Shown here in pieces: positions 19,694 to 29,653 of a stretch of 64,000 nt of DNA. This DNA is from an uncultured Acetatifactor sp. (lineage in GTDB: Bacteria > Bacillota > Clostridia > Lachnospirales > Lachnospiraceae), in contig CAJUAB010000003.1 of assembly GCA_910583845.1 (NCBI GenBank), positions 14,250 to 78,249 of the forward strand, given 5' to 3'. A program made the translations under genes and the position numbers. The notes beneath the pieces were generated by a model that was not told the DNA's origin, ran no database searches, and worked only from the letters and a program-made list of their open reading frames with translations. Each line of letters opens with the position of its first letter. Position 1 is the stretch's first letter.

Positions 19694-20995
19694 TCACAAA
19701 ACTCCCTTTTCGGTACACTGGTATACCACCTTCCCGCCGCAGACCGTAACTTTCACCACGCCGCGCAGTTCCCGGCCGGTAAAGGGCGTATTGCAGGATT
19801 TGGATGCATACTCCGTGAAAACCTGCGTTGCCGCCGTGTCCACCAGAATGATATCCGCCGGGCCGCCTTCCGCCAGATACCCCGCGTCCAGATGATACAT
19901 GGCCGCCGGGTTGGCACTCATCTTTTCCAGCACACTCTTCATGGTCAGATAGCCGCCGTTTACCAGTTCGGTGACAGCCAGGGGCAGGGCGGTCTCCAGA
20001 CCGATGATGCCGCTGGGAGCCCTGGTGATGTCCAGCGCTTTCTCCTGATCGCTGTGAGGCGCATGATCCGTGGCGATCAGATCTATGGTGCCGTCAGCCA
20101 GTCCCCGGATGATGGCCTGACGGTCCTCTTCCGTCCGCAGGGGAGGATTCATCTTGGCCAGTGTGCCATGCCGGATGACCGCCTCCTCCGTCAGCGAAAA
20201 ATGATGGGGAGTTGCCTCCGCATGAATATTATGCCCGGCTTTTTTGGCCTCGCGCACCAGCTCCACCGCCTCCCGGCTGCTGATATGCTGGATATTGACA
20301 CAGGCCCCCGTCTCCAGGGCAATCCGCAGGTCCCGCTCTACCATGGAGATCTCCGCCTCCCTGGGAGAACCGCCTATGCCGTAATATTCGCTGGCCCTGC
20401 CCCGGTTGACGCCGTTGTCCGCAATCAGTGCCGGATCTTCCTCGTGCAAGCTCACAGGCCTGTCCAGCCGGGCCGCCTTCTCCATGGCGGCACGGACCAT
20501 ATCCGGGTCCGTCAGAGGGATGCCGTCATCGGTGAAACCCACCGCGCCTGCCGCCGCCAGCGCGTCCATATCGGTCAGTTCCTGCCCTTTCATCCCCAGC
20601 GTCACATTGGCACAGGTTTCCACATGGATGCCGGTGGTCTTTCCCTTCTCCAGCACATACCGCAGCGTCTCCACCGTGTCCACCACGGGCCTTGTATTGG
20701 CCATCAGCACCACGGTGGTAAATCCCCCCCTGGCCGCGGCCCTGGCCCCTGTCAGAATATCCTCCTTGTGGGTGAAACCCGGGTCCCGGAAATGCACATG
20801 CACATCCACCAGCCCCGGAGCCACCAGCAGTCCCTCCGCATCCACAATCCTGCAGGTTTCCCGCTCTTTCGCAGTCAGTTCCCGCCGGAGGTCTCTGCCG
20901 ATCCGTCTGATCCGCCCTCCCTCCGTCAGTATGTCATAATTCCCCTCACGGCCCGATTTCGGGTCAATCATATAACCGTTCTCGATCAATAGCAT
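19694..20995 (-). CDS. pyrC: Dihydroorotase
   Basis: DVHVHFRDPG, KMNPPLR, IATDHAPH. Start reassigned to MLLIENG after GGAGG. Confidence 0.94.
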   Translation of the reverse strand: MLLIENGYMIDPKSGREGNYDILTEGGRIRRIGRDLRRELTAKERETCRIVDAEGLLVAPGLVDVHVHFRDPGFTHKEDILTGARAAARGGFTTVVLMANTRPVVDTVETLRYVLEKGKTTGIHVETCANVTLGMKGQELTDMDALAAAGAVGFTDDGIPLTDPDMVRAAMEKAARLDRPVSLHEEDPALIADNGVNRGRASEYYGIGGSPREAEISMVERDLRIALETGACVNIQHISSREAVELVREAKKAGHNIHAEATPHHFSLTEEAVIRHGTLAKMNPPLRTEEDRQAIIRGLADGTIDLIATDHAPHSDQEKALDITRAPSGIIGLETALPLAVTELVNGGYLTMKSVLEKMSANPAAMYHLDAGYLAEGGPADIILVDTAATQVFTEYASKSCNTPFTGRELRGVVKVTVCGGKVVYQCTEKGVL

Positions 20996-21084
20996 ATGCC
21001 TGCCTCCTGTCAATTGTCCCGCCGCTTTCAGTGTAGCATGTTTTAAGAATGTTGGAAAGAGGGCAATCAGAAAACATCCACTGA

Positions 21085-21108
21085 GGAAAGCATTTTTCAT
21101 ACACGCTC
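21085..21108. repeat. Solo terminal inverted repeat of the MITE family
   Basis: GGAAAGCATTTTTCATACACGCTC is the reverse complement (one mismatch) of the first 24 nt at 25490, and ends in CGCT-CTGG like the intact copy. Confidence 0.75.
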
Positions 21109-21201
21109 TGGAAATTATCCGGTGGTTTTTATTATAAAAAGATGATAAAATACAGAATATGCAAATATAAATCATTGTGTCCAAAATGGAGGTAAAAAAT
21201 C

Positions 21202-21735
21202 ATGAATGCCTTGAGAAGCGAGGAGATTTACACTATAGAAGATATCTATGCTCTGCCTGACGGGCAAAGGGCTGAACTGATTGATGGCAGAATCTATTAT
21301 ATGGCTCCGCCAAGTAAGACACATCAAAGGATCAGCGGAAAGATTTATCAGACAATAGCGAATTATATTGACAGCAACGGGGGAAAATGCGAAGTCTATG
21401 CGGCTCCGTTTGCAGTTTTCCTGAATCAGGACGAAATAAACTATGTTGAACCGGATATATCGGTAATCTGTGATCTATCCAAATTGGATGAGAAGGGCTG
21501 CCACGGTGCGCCTGACTGGATTATAGAAATTGTTTCGCCCGGAAATAAGCCCATGGATTACTTTACAAAACTTTTCAAGTACCGAAATGCAAATGTCAGG
21601 GAATATTGGATCGTTGATCCTGCCCCGCAGCAAATCATGGTATACAGATTTGAAAAAGAAACCATGGAGCAGTATTCTTTCGGAGAGGATATACCGGTTG
21701 GAATCTATGAAGATTTTTCTGTAAAGATACAATAA
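21202..21735 (+). CDS. Uma2 (DUF820) family putative endonuclease
   Basis: RAELIDG.IY.MAPPS..HQ, VEPDISV, PDWIIEIVSP, EYWIVDP; AT-richer than its neighbours. Confidence 0.9.
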   Translation: MNALRSEEIYTIEDIYALPDGQRAELIDGRIYYMAPPSKTHQRISGKIYQTIANYIDSNGGKCEVYAAPFAVFLNQDEINYVEPDISVICDLSKLDEKGCHGAPDWIIEIVSPGNKPMDYFTKLFKYRNANVREYWIVDPAPQQIMVYRFEKETMEQYSFGEDIPVGIYEDFSVKIQ

Positions 21736-21788
21736 GGTACAGAAGCAAGGCAAGATGACCGGTAAAAGCGTTCGGGAATACTCACGGC

Positions 21789-21829
21789 ATGGATAACCGT
21801 CCTATCGTCCGGATATGACGGTTATCCAT
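21789..21829. terminator. Hairpin between convergent Uma2 and PrcB-like genes
   Basis: 13-bp inverted repeat ATGGATAACCGTC...GACGGTTATCCAT. Confidence 0.6.
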
Positions 21830-21970
21830 AAAATACGATCAGCTGTTTCACTGATCTGCCTGGCAGGGACTGATCGTGGCCGCTGATGTTCCAGACATTT
21901 CCCTTCTTCGGCGGTGCCGGTCAGAACCGGTGAGACGTCAGGCTCGCGCAGGCCTGACGTCGGAACAGAT

Positions 21971-22381
21971 TTATTTGCAGATCACCGGCTGGTCCAGGTA
22001 TTCCGTCTTGATCACAATATAGGGATACGAGGGCGTCCTGTTTCCCTTCTCGGCCACGTCCGGTCCCAGCAGGGTAGTCTGGACATAGACCGCCTCCTCG
22101 GTGAGATAGAGTTCATCCACGGTGATACTGTAGCCTCCGGTTTCCTGCTGTCCATAACCCACGCATATGTACAGGTTTTCATTGTCGGAGTAGGTCATCT
22201 TGAACGCCTCCGCCTTTCGCTCCTCAATCATGGTGGCCAGCTCCCCAGGCACCAGCTCTTCCCCCAGTATGGTAAAATCCAGATCCCGGAGTTTCACCTC
22301 CTCCGTGCTCATCAGACTGCATCCGCACAGGCCAAGCAGCGTCCCCAGACACAACAGCCATACCAAAATTCTCTTTCCCAT
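21971..22381 (-). CDS. PrcB C-terminal domain lipoprotein
   Basis: Lipobox LCGC; GQQETGGYSITV and SYPYIVIK motifs. Sigma-E-like promoter ATA-N16-CATAAGTT at 22409-22435. Confidence 0.78.
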   Translation of the reverse strand: MGKRILVWLLCLGTLLGLCGCSLMSTEEVKLRDLDFTILGEELVPGELATMIEERKAEAFKMTYSDNENLYICVGYGQQETGGYSITVDELYLTEEAVYVQTTLLGPDVAEKGNRTPSYPYIVIKTEYLDQPVICK

Positions 22382-22490
22382 CTTTTTTCATCCCGGTTGT
22401 TTTATTTTAACTTATGTACACATATGCTAAAATATGCTATACTGGGATGAAATACATGGCATTATACGCTTGCGATTACCGGGAGGACTT

Positions 22491-23249
22491 ATGATTAGAC
22501 TGATACTTGTGTTACTGTTTGTTCTTTTGTTTCTCATTTTGTCAACGCCCCTGATGCTGATCGAATGGGGAATCGGCAAATTCAACCGTCCCCTCAAGGA
22601 CAGAAGCTCCCTCGCCATCGTCAACTGGGCTTTCCGCTGGGTAATCCGTTTATCCGGCGTCAAGGTTATCGTCAAGGGCGAGGAAAATGTGCCCCGGGAC
22701 AAGGCCGTGCTGTATGTGGGCAACCACCGCAGCTATTATGATATCATCCTGACCTATGTGAGAGTCCCCCGGCCCACCGGCTATGTGGCCAAAAGAGAAA
22801 TGCTGCGGTATCCTCTGCTCAACGTGTGGATGCATTTTCTCCACTGCCTGTTTCTGGACCGCAGCGATTTGAAAAAAGGCCTGAAAACCATACTGGAAGG
22901 TGTGGAGAAGGTGAAGTCCGGCATCTCCATCTGCATTTTTCCGGAGGGGACCCGCAATGATACGGACCAGGATTTCCTGCCCTTCCACGAGGGGAGTTTC
23001 AAAATAGCCGAAAAGGCCAAGGCTCCTGTTCTGCCCATCGCGCTGGCGGGCACCAATGCCATATTTGAGGATCATCTGCCCCGGATTCAGAGGCAGACTG
23101 TCATCATCGAATATTGCAAGCCCGTGGACATTCAGGCTCTGGACAAGGATACCCGCAGGAATTTAAGCGGCTATGTACAGGGCATCATCGCGGAAGCCTA
23201 TCACCGCAATCTGCGGGAGCTGGAGGAATTGAAAAGGGCGGATGTCTGA
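22491..23249 (+). CDS. plsC: 1-acyl-sn-glycerol-3-phosphate acyltransferase
   Basis: NHRSYYD and IFPEGTR motifs; start after GGAGG. Confidence 0.88.
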   Translation: MIRLILVLLFVLLFLILSTPLMLIEWGIGKFNRPLKDRSSLAIVNWAFRWVIRLSGVKVIVKGEENVPRDKAVLYVGNHRSYYDIILTYVRVPRPTGYVAKREMLRYPLLNVWMHFLHCLFLDRSDLKKGLKTILEGVEKVKSGISICIFPEGTRNDTDQDFLPFHEGSFKIAEKAKAPVLPIALAGTNAIFEDHLPRIQRQTVIIEYCKPVDIQALDKDTRRNLSGYVQGIIAEAYHRNLRELEELKRADV

Positions 23250-23290
23250 AACCGAAAACGGTTTGCCCGCGGCCGTTTCAGACATCCGCC
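23237..23290. repeat. 16-bp inverted repeat between convergent plsC and rhaD
   Basis: GGCGGATGTCTGAAAC...GTTTCAGACATCCGCC; the left arm contains the plsC TGA stop. Confidence 0.75.
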
Positions 23291-23302
23291 GTAGATGACG
23301 CG

Positions 23303-24133
23303 TTACTCTTTTTCATACAGGAATTTCTCCGGCAGCGTAACATGAAAATCCACTGCCAGATCCCGGAAATTCCGGGCCGTGATGGTCTGAAGTTTCCGGG
23401 GACACATGGACAGCTGCTTCACCAGAATCTCAGCCGCTTTCTCCACCGTGTGCATCAGGCCAAAGGTCAGGTCAAAATCCTCTCCGGAGGCAAACATGCC
23501 ATGATGCGCCCAGATCGCCACATCATACTGCTTCATCAGTTCACTGGTAGCCACCGCAATGTCCCTGCCGCCGGGGACCATCCAGCCCACCACGCCTACG
23601 CCGTCGGGAAATACCACGGGGCACTCCGTGGCCATCTCCCACAATTCCCTGGTAAAAATCTCGTCCTTCAGGGGGAGAACAAAGGTCAGGGCGATCACAT
23701 TGGTGGTGTGAGCGTGGTAGATCACGCGATGCTTTCCCCCGCTGGCCAGCATTTTCACCTCATGGTTCATCAGGTGGCTGGGTAATTCGCTGGTGGGCTT
23801 CCCACCGTTTACCAGCCCCCAGCAGATCCTGTATCTTTCCCCTTTTTCATCCAGCTCCACTATGGCGATGGAATCTTCCGGGTCCAGAATTACATTGCGG
23901 AAATATTTTCCGCTGCCGGTGACCAGAAAGTACTGCCCCGCCAGATTCGGCACACTGGTTCCGATTTCCCGCCACTCTCCGTCCGTCCTCAGTTCCTCTT
24001 TTACCGACTCCGTCTCCTCCGGCTTCATGCGGTAAGACAGATTCCCGCCGTTCCTCTCATGCCAGCCCTGTTCCCAGCCGTCATTACACATTCTGATAAA
24101 TCCCTGCACAAATTTTGCGTCCAGCACCTTCAT
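23303..24133 (-). CDS. rhaD: Rhamnulose-1-phosphate aldolase
   Basis: GWHERNGGNLS, TGSGKYFRN, PTSELPSH, WAHHG. Confidence 0.95.
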   Translation of the reverse strand: MKVLDAKFVQGFIRMCNDGWEQGWHERNGGNLSYRMKPEETESVKEELRTDGEWREIGTSVPNLAGQYFLVTGSGKYFRNVILDPEDSIAIVELDEKGERYRICWGLVNGGKPTSELPSHLMNHEVKMLASGGKHRVIYHAHTTNVIALTFVLPLKDEIFTRELWEMATECPVVFPDGVGVVGWMVPGGRDIAVATSELMKQYDVAIWAHHGMFASGEDFDLTFGLMHTVEKAAEILVKQLSMCPRKLQTITARNFRDLAVDFHVTLPEKFLYEKE

Positions 24134-24192
24134 TTTCGTATATTCCCTTTCTGCTCAACCGCGGTTGCGTTTCAGAACTGTCTCAAGTCCTG

Positions 24193-25449
24193 TCACCTTC
24201 TGCGCAATACCTCTTCCTCATACTTTTGCACTTCCCCGAAAAGTTCAAAATCCCCTGCCACATGGCTCTGCTCGCAGTAGTGATTCCACACATCTCCGAA
24301 GGGCAGCATCTTTATGGCTTCCTGCATGGACATCAGTTCCGTGAAGCGGCACTCGTCCTGCAATTCTGCCAGCGCCTTATTGGGCGTACAGAGGGCCGTC
24401 ATCAGCGCTTTCTGCATGCTTCTCATGCCCACCGCCCACGCGGAGATCCGATTGATGCTGGCATCAAAGTAATCCAGGGCAATGTACACCCGCTCCAGGG
24501 CGTCACAGCGCACAATCTCTTTGGCAATCTCCCTGGTCTCGTCATCCAGAAGCAATACATGGTCGGAATCCCATCTCACCCCTCTGGTCACATGGAGGGC
24601 GATCTCCGGATAGAAGCAGAGCATGGCCGGAATCTTGTCCGAAACCACCTCTGTAGGATGGTAGTGTCCGTTGTCCATCAGAGGCAGGCAGCCCTCATGA
24701 GTGGCGGCAAAGGACAGTGTGAACTCCGCCGACCCCGCCGTGTAGGACTCCACACCGATGCCAAACACCTTGGACTCCACACAGGGCTTTACCTTGTCCC
24801 TGTCAAAGGGCTCCGCCAGAATGGCCTCCAGGGATTCCTTATAGCGCATCCGGGGCCCCATGCGGTCCGCGGGCACATCCTTGAAGCCGTCGCCGGTCCA
24901 GATGTTCATGACACAGGGAATGCCTGTCTCCTCCGCGAAATATTGTGAAATGCGGATACACGCCTTTCCGTGCTCGATCCAGAACCGGCGCACCTCCTGG
25001 TCCGGGCTGGACAGCGTCAGACCGTCCTTCACCATGGGATGGGAAAAAAAGGTGGGATTGAAGTCCAGTCCCATGCCCCTCTCTCTGGCAAATTCCACCC
25101 ACCCGGCAAAATGCCTGGGCTCCAGCTTGTCCCGGTCCGCAAACTCTCCGTCCTGAAAAATCGCGTAACACGCATGTATATTGATTTTCTTTTTGCCCGG
25201 AACAAGGGAGATGGCCTTGTCCATATCGGCCATCAATTCCCCGGGCGTCCTGGCCTTGCCCGGATAGTCCCCCGTGGTCTGGATTCCTCCCGTCAGAGGC
25301 CCGTCGTGGTCAAATCCGATCACATCGTCCCCCTGCCAGCAATGCATGGACACCGGAATCCGCCCCAGCGTCTCAAGCGCCGCGTCCGTATCCACCCCCA
25401 CAGCGGCAAACATTTCCTTTGCGGATGCATATCTCTCTGCTGTTGTCAT
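24193..25449 (-). CDS. rhaA: L-rhamnose isomerase
   Basis: SMHCWQGDD, ESKVFGIGVESYTAGS, GHYHPTE, HVTRGVRWDSDH, LDYFDASINR. Confidence 0.96.
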   Translation of the reverse strand: MTTAERYASAKEMFAAVGVDTDAALETLGRIPVSMHCWQGDDVIGFDHDGPLTGGIQTTGDYPGKARTPGELMADMDKAISLVPGKKKINIHACYAIFQDGEFADRDKLEPRHFAGWVEFARERGMGLDFNPTFFSHPMVKDGLTLSSPDQEVRRFWIEHGKACIRISQYFAEETGIPCVMNIWTGDGFKDVPADRMGPRMRYKESLEAILAEPFDRDKVKPCVESKVFGIGVESYTAGSAEFTLSFAATHEGCLPLMDNGHYHPTEVVSDKIPAMLCFYPEIALHVTRGVRWDSDHVLLLDDETREIAKEIVRCDALERVYIALDYFDASINRISAWAVGMRSMQKALMTALCTPNKALAELQDECRFTELMSMQEAIKMLPFGDVWNHYCEQSHVAGDFELFGEVQKYEEEVLRRR

Positions 25450-25486
25450 ACTTTTTCCCTCCTGACTGAACTTCTGTCTCTGCGTC

Positions 25487-25664
25487 CTGGAGCGTGTTTG
25501 AAAAATGCTTTCCGTCAGATGTGCGTCACAATTTGTGGGAGATTTGGGCCAAATGATGCCGCATAGTGGGCTATGCAACCTGAATTTGGCTCAAATATCA
25601 CGCAAATGTGGGGACGCGGTTTACCGCGACAGATGGCGGGAATGATTTTTCAAACACGCTCTGG
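25487..25664. mobile_element. Non-autonomous MITE-like element (~170 bp) with terminal inverted repeats and a CTGG direct repeat
   Basis: CTGG-AGCGTGTTTGAAAAAT...ATTTTTCAAACACGCT-CTGG with a palindromic interior and no transposase; inserted between rhaB and rhaA. Confidence 0.85.
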
Positions 25665-25701
25665 CCAGAGACGGTTCTGTATTTACCTTTATACCGGACA
25701 C

Positions 25702-27108
25702 TTACCGGGGCCTGTACTCCTGTATGGAAAAGGATTCATATACGCACTGCCTGGCCTGGGCCAGACCGGCAAGTTCCCCTGCGCTGATCATCTGGGACAT
25801 GATATTTCCGATGGCCGTGGCCTCGGTGGGACCCGCGTACACGGTCTTTCCCGTGGCATTGGCCGTCAGCTGGTTCAGGTAAGCGGCGCCTGCTCCCCCT
25901 CCTATGATGGAGACAGCGCCATACTTTTTCGCCGTGATGGCCTCGATCTCCCTCACGGTTTCGCCGTAGCAGTCCGCCAGGCTCTGATAGACCACACAGG
26001 CCAGCTCCCCGGTGGTCCGCGGAATTTTCTGGCCCGTGCGCCCGCAGTAATCCCTGATTTCCTCCGTCATGTTTCCGGGAGCCAGAAAGCAGGCGTCATT
26101 GACCTTCACCCGCGAAGGGAAGTCCCCCGCCGCCATGGCCATATCGCAGAGCTGCGCAAAGGAAACGGAGTCCCCCAGCTCATGCCGTATGGATTGAATC
26201 ATCCACAGCCCCATGATGTTTTTCAGATAGCGGAAACGGTAATCATATCCTCCCTCATTGGTAAAATTGGCCTCTCTGCTCCCGGCGCTGCAGTCCGCCG
26301 CCGGCAGCTCCACCCCCATCAGGGACCAGGTGCCCGAACTGATATACAGGGCATCCCCCTGGGCCCTGGGCACAGCCATCACCGCGGAAGCCGTGTCATG
26401 ACTGCCGCAAAGCGCCACCTTACAGGTAAAGCCCACCTCTTTCGCAATGCGCTCCGTCAGATTTCCCACTTCTGTACCGGGCGTTTTCAGGGGCAGAAAG
26501 ATCTCCTCCGGGTACCCCAGCAGACGGATCAGTTCCCGGTCCCACTGTTTCGTCACCGGGCTCACCAGCTGTGTGGAAGTGGCGTTGGTGTACTCCGAAA
26601 CTTTGTTTCCCGTCAGCAGAAACTGAAAGTAATCAGGCAGCATCAGAAAAGTTTTTGCCGCCTCAAGCAGCCCAGGCCGTTTGATCTGATCCGCCATCAG
26701 CTGATAAATCGTGTTAAAGCGCTGTTTCTGAATACCCGTTCTGGCATAGAGTTCCTTCTCGGGAATCCGCTGATATACCCTCTCGTCCATACCCTGGGTT
26801 CTGTTGTCACGATATCCGTAAGTGCTGCCCAGCACCCGGTCCTCCTGATCCAGCAGCACATAGTCCACCGCCCAGGTGTCTATGGACATACTCTCCGGAA
26901 TTTTATGAATCTGCGCGCATTTTTTCATTCCCTCCCTGATCTGCGAGAACAGGTACTCCGTATCCCACACCAGACTGCCGCCCTCATCCTTCATTCCGTT
27001 CTCAAACCGCCAGACCTCTTCAAGATGCATCTTTCCGTCTTGGAGATATCCCAGCATATGTCTTCCGCTGGAAGCGCCGATATCCACGGCCAGATAATAT
27101 CTGTACAT
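25702..27108 (-). CDS. rhaB: Rhamnulokinase
   Basis: FGGY kinase motifs LAVDIGASSGR, IDTWAVDY, SHDTASA, SSGTWSLMG, EATAIGN. Confidence 0.95.
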   Translation of the reverse strand: MYRYYLAVDIGASSGRHMLGYLQDGKMHLEEVWRFENGMKDEGGSLVWDTEYLFSQIREGMKKCAQIHKIPESMSIDTWAVDYVLLDQEDRVLGSTYGYRDNRTQGMDERVYQRIPEKELYARTGIQKQRFNTIYQLMADQIKRPGLLEAAKTFLMLPDYFQFLLTGNKVSEYTNATSTQLVSPVTKQWDRELIRLLGYPEEIFLPLKTPGTEVGNLTERIAKEVGFTCKVALCGSHDTASAVMAVPRAQGDALYISSGTWSLMGVELPAADCSAGSREANFTNEGGYDYRFRYLKNIMGLWMIQSIRHELGDSVSFAQLCDMAMAAGDFPSRVKVNDACFLAPGNMTEEIRDYCGRTGQKIPRTTGELACVVYQSLADCYGETVREIEAITAKKYGAVSIIGGGAGAAYLNQLTANATGKTVYAGPTEATAIGNIMSQMISAGELAGLAQARQCVYESFSIQEYRPR

Positions 27109-27309
27109 CTTCTTCCTCCTCTGATGCGTCCCCATGGCTGTGCTCCCCGCCCACTCCCCCATCACACGTACACAGCCATCCTGCGCAAAAAACAGTGGAC
27201 TTTTCTTTGTTCTAAGGTTATCATAATGAAAAAAGAGACAAAAAATAAGGTCTCCGCTTTATAAAAACAGGGACCTTATTTGCACTTTTACAAAGGAGGC
27301 AGGGATACC

Positions 27310-28284
27310 ATGAGGGATGAGCTGTTGCGTCATCTGAGAGAAATAACCCAGGAAGAGAGAGTACTTTTGCAGGGGCATGGCAGTATCCAGAAAGGAATTT
27401 ACACCTCCGGCAAGGACTTTGTAGTTGACAACGCAAAGCTGCTGGAACGGGGACATCTGATAGAGCTGCGCCCCCACACCCGCTTTGCCCATTTTCCAAA
27501 ACACAGGCACAACTATGTGGAACTGGTGTACATGTGCTGCGGCAGCACCACACATATCATCAATGACACGGAAAAGATCGTTCTGGGCGAAGGAGATCTG
27601 CTCTTTCTCAGCCAGTCCGCCTCCCAGGAAATTCTGCCTGCGGGCCGGGAAGATATCGCCGTCAACTTCATCATTCTGCCGGAATTCTTTGACCGCTCCC
27701 TGTCCATGATCGAGCGGGACAATGTGCTGCGCAGCTTCCTGGTCTCCACCCTGTCCAGTGGAAATCCCCAGATCCCCTATCTGCACTTCCGCACAAAGGA
27801 CATCCTTCCCATACAGAATCTGATGGAGAACATGCTCTGGACGCTGATCGACAAAAAGCCGGGGACCAACACCATCAACCAGATTACCATGGGGCTGATC
27901 CTGATGAATCTTTCCCTTTTTGCCGACACCTCCTTAAGAAGCGGCGCAGGCAACTACGAGCAGGATCTGATCTTCCGCATTCTGAAGTATATTGAGACCC
28001 ATTACAAGACCGGGACCCTGGCGGACATCTCCGCGCAGCTGCGGCTCCCCACCTACTGTGTCAGCCGCCTGCTGAAAAAATATACCAGCCACAATTTCAA
28101 GGAATTGCTGCAACAGCAAAAACTCCAGCAGGCCGTATATCTGTTGTCCCAGACCACGCTCTCCGTTGACGGCATCATAGAGGCCGTCGGCTACAGCAAC
28201 AGCAGCTTCTTCTACCGGATTTTCCGGGAAAAATACGGATGCTCGCCAAAGGAGTACCGCGCGGCCCATCCCCTGACCCCCTGA
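27310..28284 (+). CDS. AraC family regulator with cupin sensor domain, divergent from rhaBAD
   Basis: FPKHRHNYVELVY cupin and C-terminal AraC HTH (VGYSNSSFFYRIFREKYGCSPKEYR). Confidence 0.9.
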   Translation: MRDELLRHLREITQEERVLLQGHGSIQKGIYTSGKDFVVDNAKLLERGHLIELRPHTRFAHFPKHRHNYVELVYMCCGSTTHIINDTEKIVLGEGDLLFLSQSASQEILPAGREDIAVNFIILPEFFDRSLSMIERDNVLRSFLVSTLSSGNPQIPYLHFRTKDILPIQNLMENMLWTLIDKKPGTNTINQITMGLILMNLSLFADTSLRSGAGNYEQDLIFRILKYIETHYKTGTLADISAQLRLPTYCVSRLLKKYTSHNFKELLQQQKLQQAVYLLSQTTLSVDGIIEAVGYSNSSFFYRIFREKYGCSPKEYRAAHPLTP

Positions 28285-28355
28285 GAGGTAGTACTCCAGC
28301 CGGACAGAGTAGTCGTTTCGCAGACGCCAGATGTGTTTACGGTCTCTTCCTTTTC

Positions 28356-29549
28356 TTATAGTTTACTGCCCTTGGTTCCCTTGGCCCCGCCCAGTTTTAC
28401 CCCGGCCAGCACGTTAGTCTCAAAGGAGAAGGTCAGCTTCCCGTTCTCCCGGTGGCGCTTTAAGGCCAGCTGGATCATGCGCTCCAGCAGCTCCGTATAC
28501 GGAAGGCCCACCGGTTCCCAGAGGTAGAAGGATAGAGAACCGGGGATGGTATTGATCTCGTTTAAGTACACCTGATCCGTGTCCTGATCTATCATAAAGT
28601 CAATGCGGGCCACGCCGCTGCAGCCCAGGCATTGAAAGGCCCTCACTGCCATCTGCCGGATTTCCTCCCGGCGCTGGGCGGATATGTTGGCCGGTATGGC
28701 GCGGCTTAAGCTGGCCATGCCCTTGGAAGCTCCCTTGCTCTTGCCTCCGCCGATGTACTTGTCCTCATAGGTCAGAATTTCCTCCGCGTTCAGGGGTTCC
28801 TCACACTCGGAGGCCTCCGCCTCCAGTTCATCCCCCAGCACGGCGCAGTTGATTTCTTTCAGATGCTGAATGGCAGGCTCCACCAGCACTTTCTGAGAAA
28901 AGTTGAATGCCAGGCCCAGCGCTTCCTCCAGGTCTTCTCTGTGATCCGCCTTACTGATTCCCACGCTGGAGCCCAGATTGATGGGCTTGACAATGACCGG
29001 GTAAGGGAATCTGCCCTCTATACGGTCCAGCAGCTTCTCCACATCCTCAAAATCCGCCAGATTATAGCAGGCGCAAGGAAGAACCGGGATATCGTTGTCC
29101 TTGAACACCGCCTTCATCACATATTTATTCATACCCACCGCAGAGGAAAGCACATCACAGCCCACGTAGGGAAGCCCCAGCGTCTGCAGGTATCCCTGTA
29201 GGGTGCCGTCCTCCACATTAGTGCCGTGTACAATGGGAAATACCACATCAATGCTGCCCAGCACATTGCTGCCCAGCTTCTTCATGGGATAGCGCACCAT
29301 ATTCACCTTGCCCTCCTCCGAAAGCAACAGAACCCGGGTGCTCTCCCGAAGCAGCAGCGGGATATCCTTATAGCGCTCGATATGGCCGATGTGCTCTCCC
29401 GTGTAGAACGCTCCCTCCTTGGTCATATAGAGAGGAATAACCTCGTATTTCTCTTGATTGATGTACTCGCAGGCCTGCAAAGCGGAGATAATCGAGATCT
29501 CATGTTCCACACTTTTTCCGCCAAAAAGTACCGCTAACTTGATTTTCAT
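28356..29549 (-). CDS. ddl: D-alanine--D-alanine ligase
   Basis: LFGGKSVEHEIS, HGTNVEDG, KPINLGSSVG, YEDKY, NEINTIPG. Confidence 0.93.
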   Translation of the reverse strand: MKIKLAVLFGGKSVEHEISIISALQACEYINQEKYEVIPLYMTKEGAFYTGEHIGHIERYKDIPLLLRESTRVLLLSEEGKVNMVRYPMKKLGSNVLGSIDVVFPIVHGTNVEDGTLQGYLQTLGLPYVGCDVLSSAVGMNKYVMKAVFKDNDIPVLPCACYNLADFEDVEKLLDRIEGRFPYPVIVKPINLGSSVGISKADHREDLEEALGLAFNFSQKVLVEPAIQHLKEINCAVLGDELEAEASECEEPLNAEEILTYEDKYIGGGKSKGASKGMASLSRAIPANISAQRREEIRQMAVRAFQCLGCSGVARIDFMIDQDTDQVYLNEINTIPGSLSFYLWEPVGLPYTELLERMIQLALKRHRENGKLTFSFETNVLAGVKLGGAKGTKGSKL

Positions 29550-29603
29550 AATACGCTCCTTATTATAACATTCTGACATTTCCGGCTGATGCTTTCAGGG
29601 CCT

Positions 29604-29628
29604 TGGAGCGTGTCTGAAACACGCTCCA
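29604..29628. repeat. Minimal MITE remnant: two TIR ends fused as a hairpin
   Basis: TGGAGCGTGT-CTGAA-ACACGCTCCA. Confidence 0.7.
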
Positions 29629-29653
29629 GAAAAAATGTCTGCCCGTAAAGTCT

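Noticed and set aside
28356..29549. Van-type D-Ala-D-Lac ligase
   Set aside because: The omega loop retains YEDKY and there are no vanH/vanX/vanRS neighbours.
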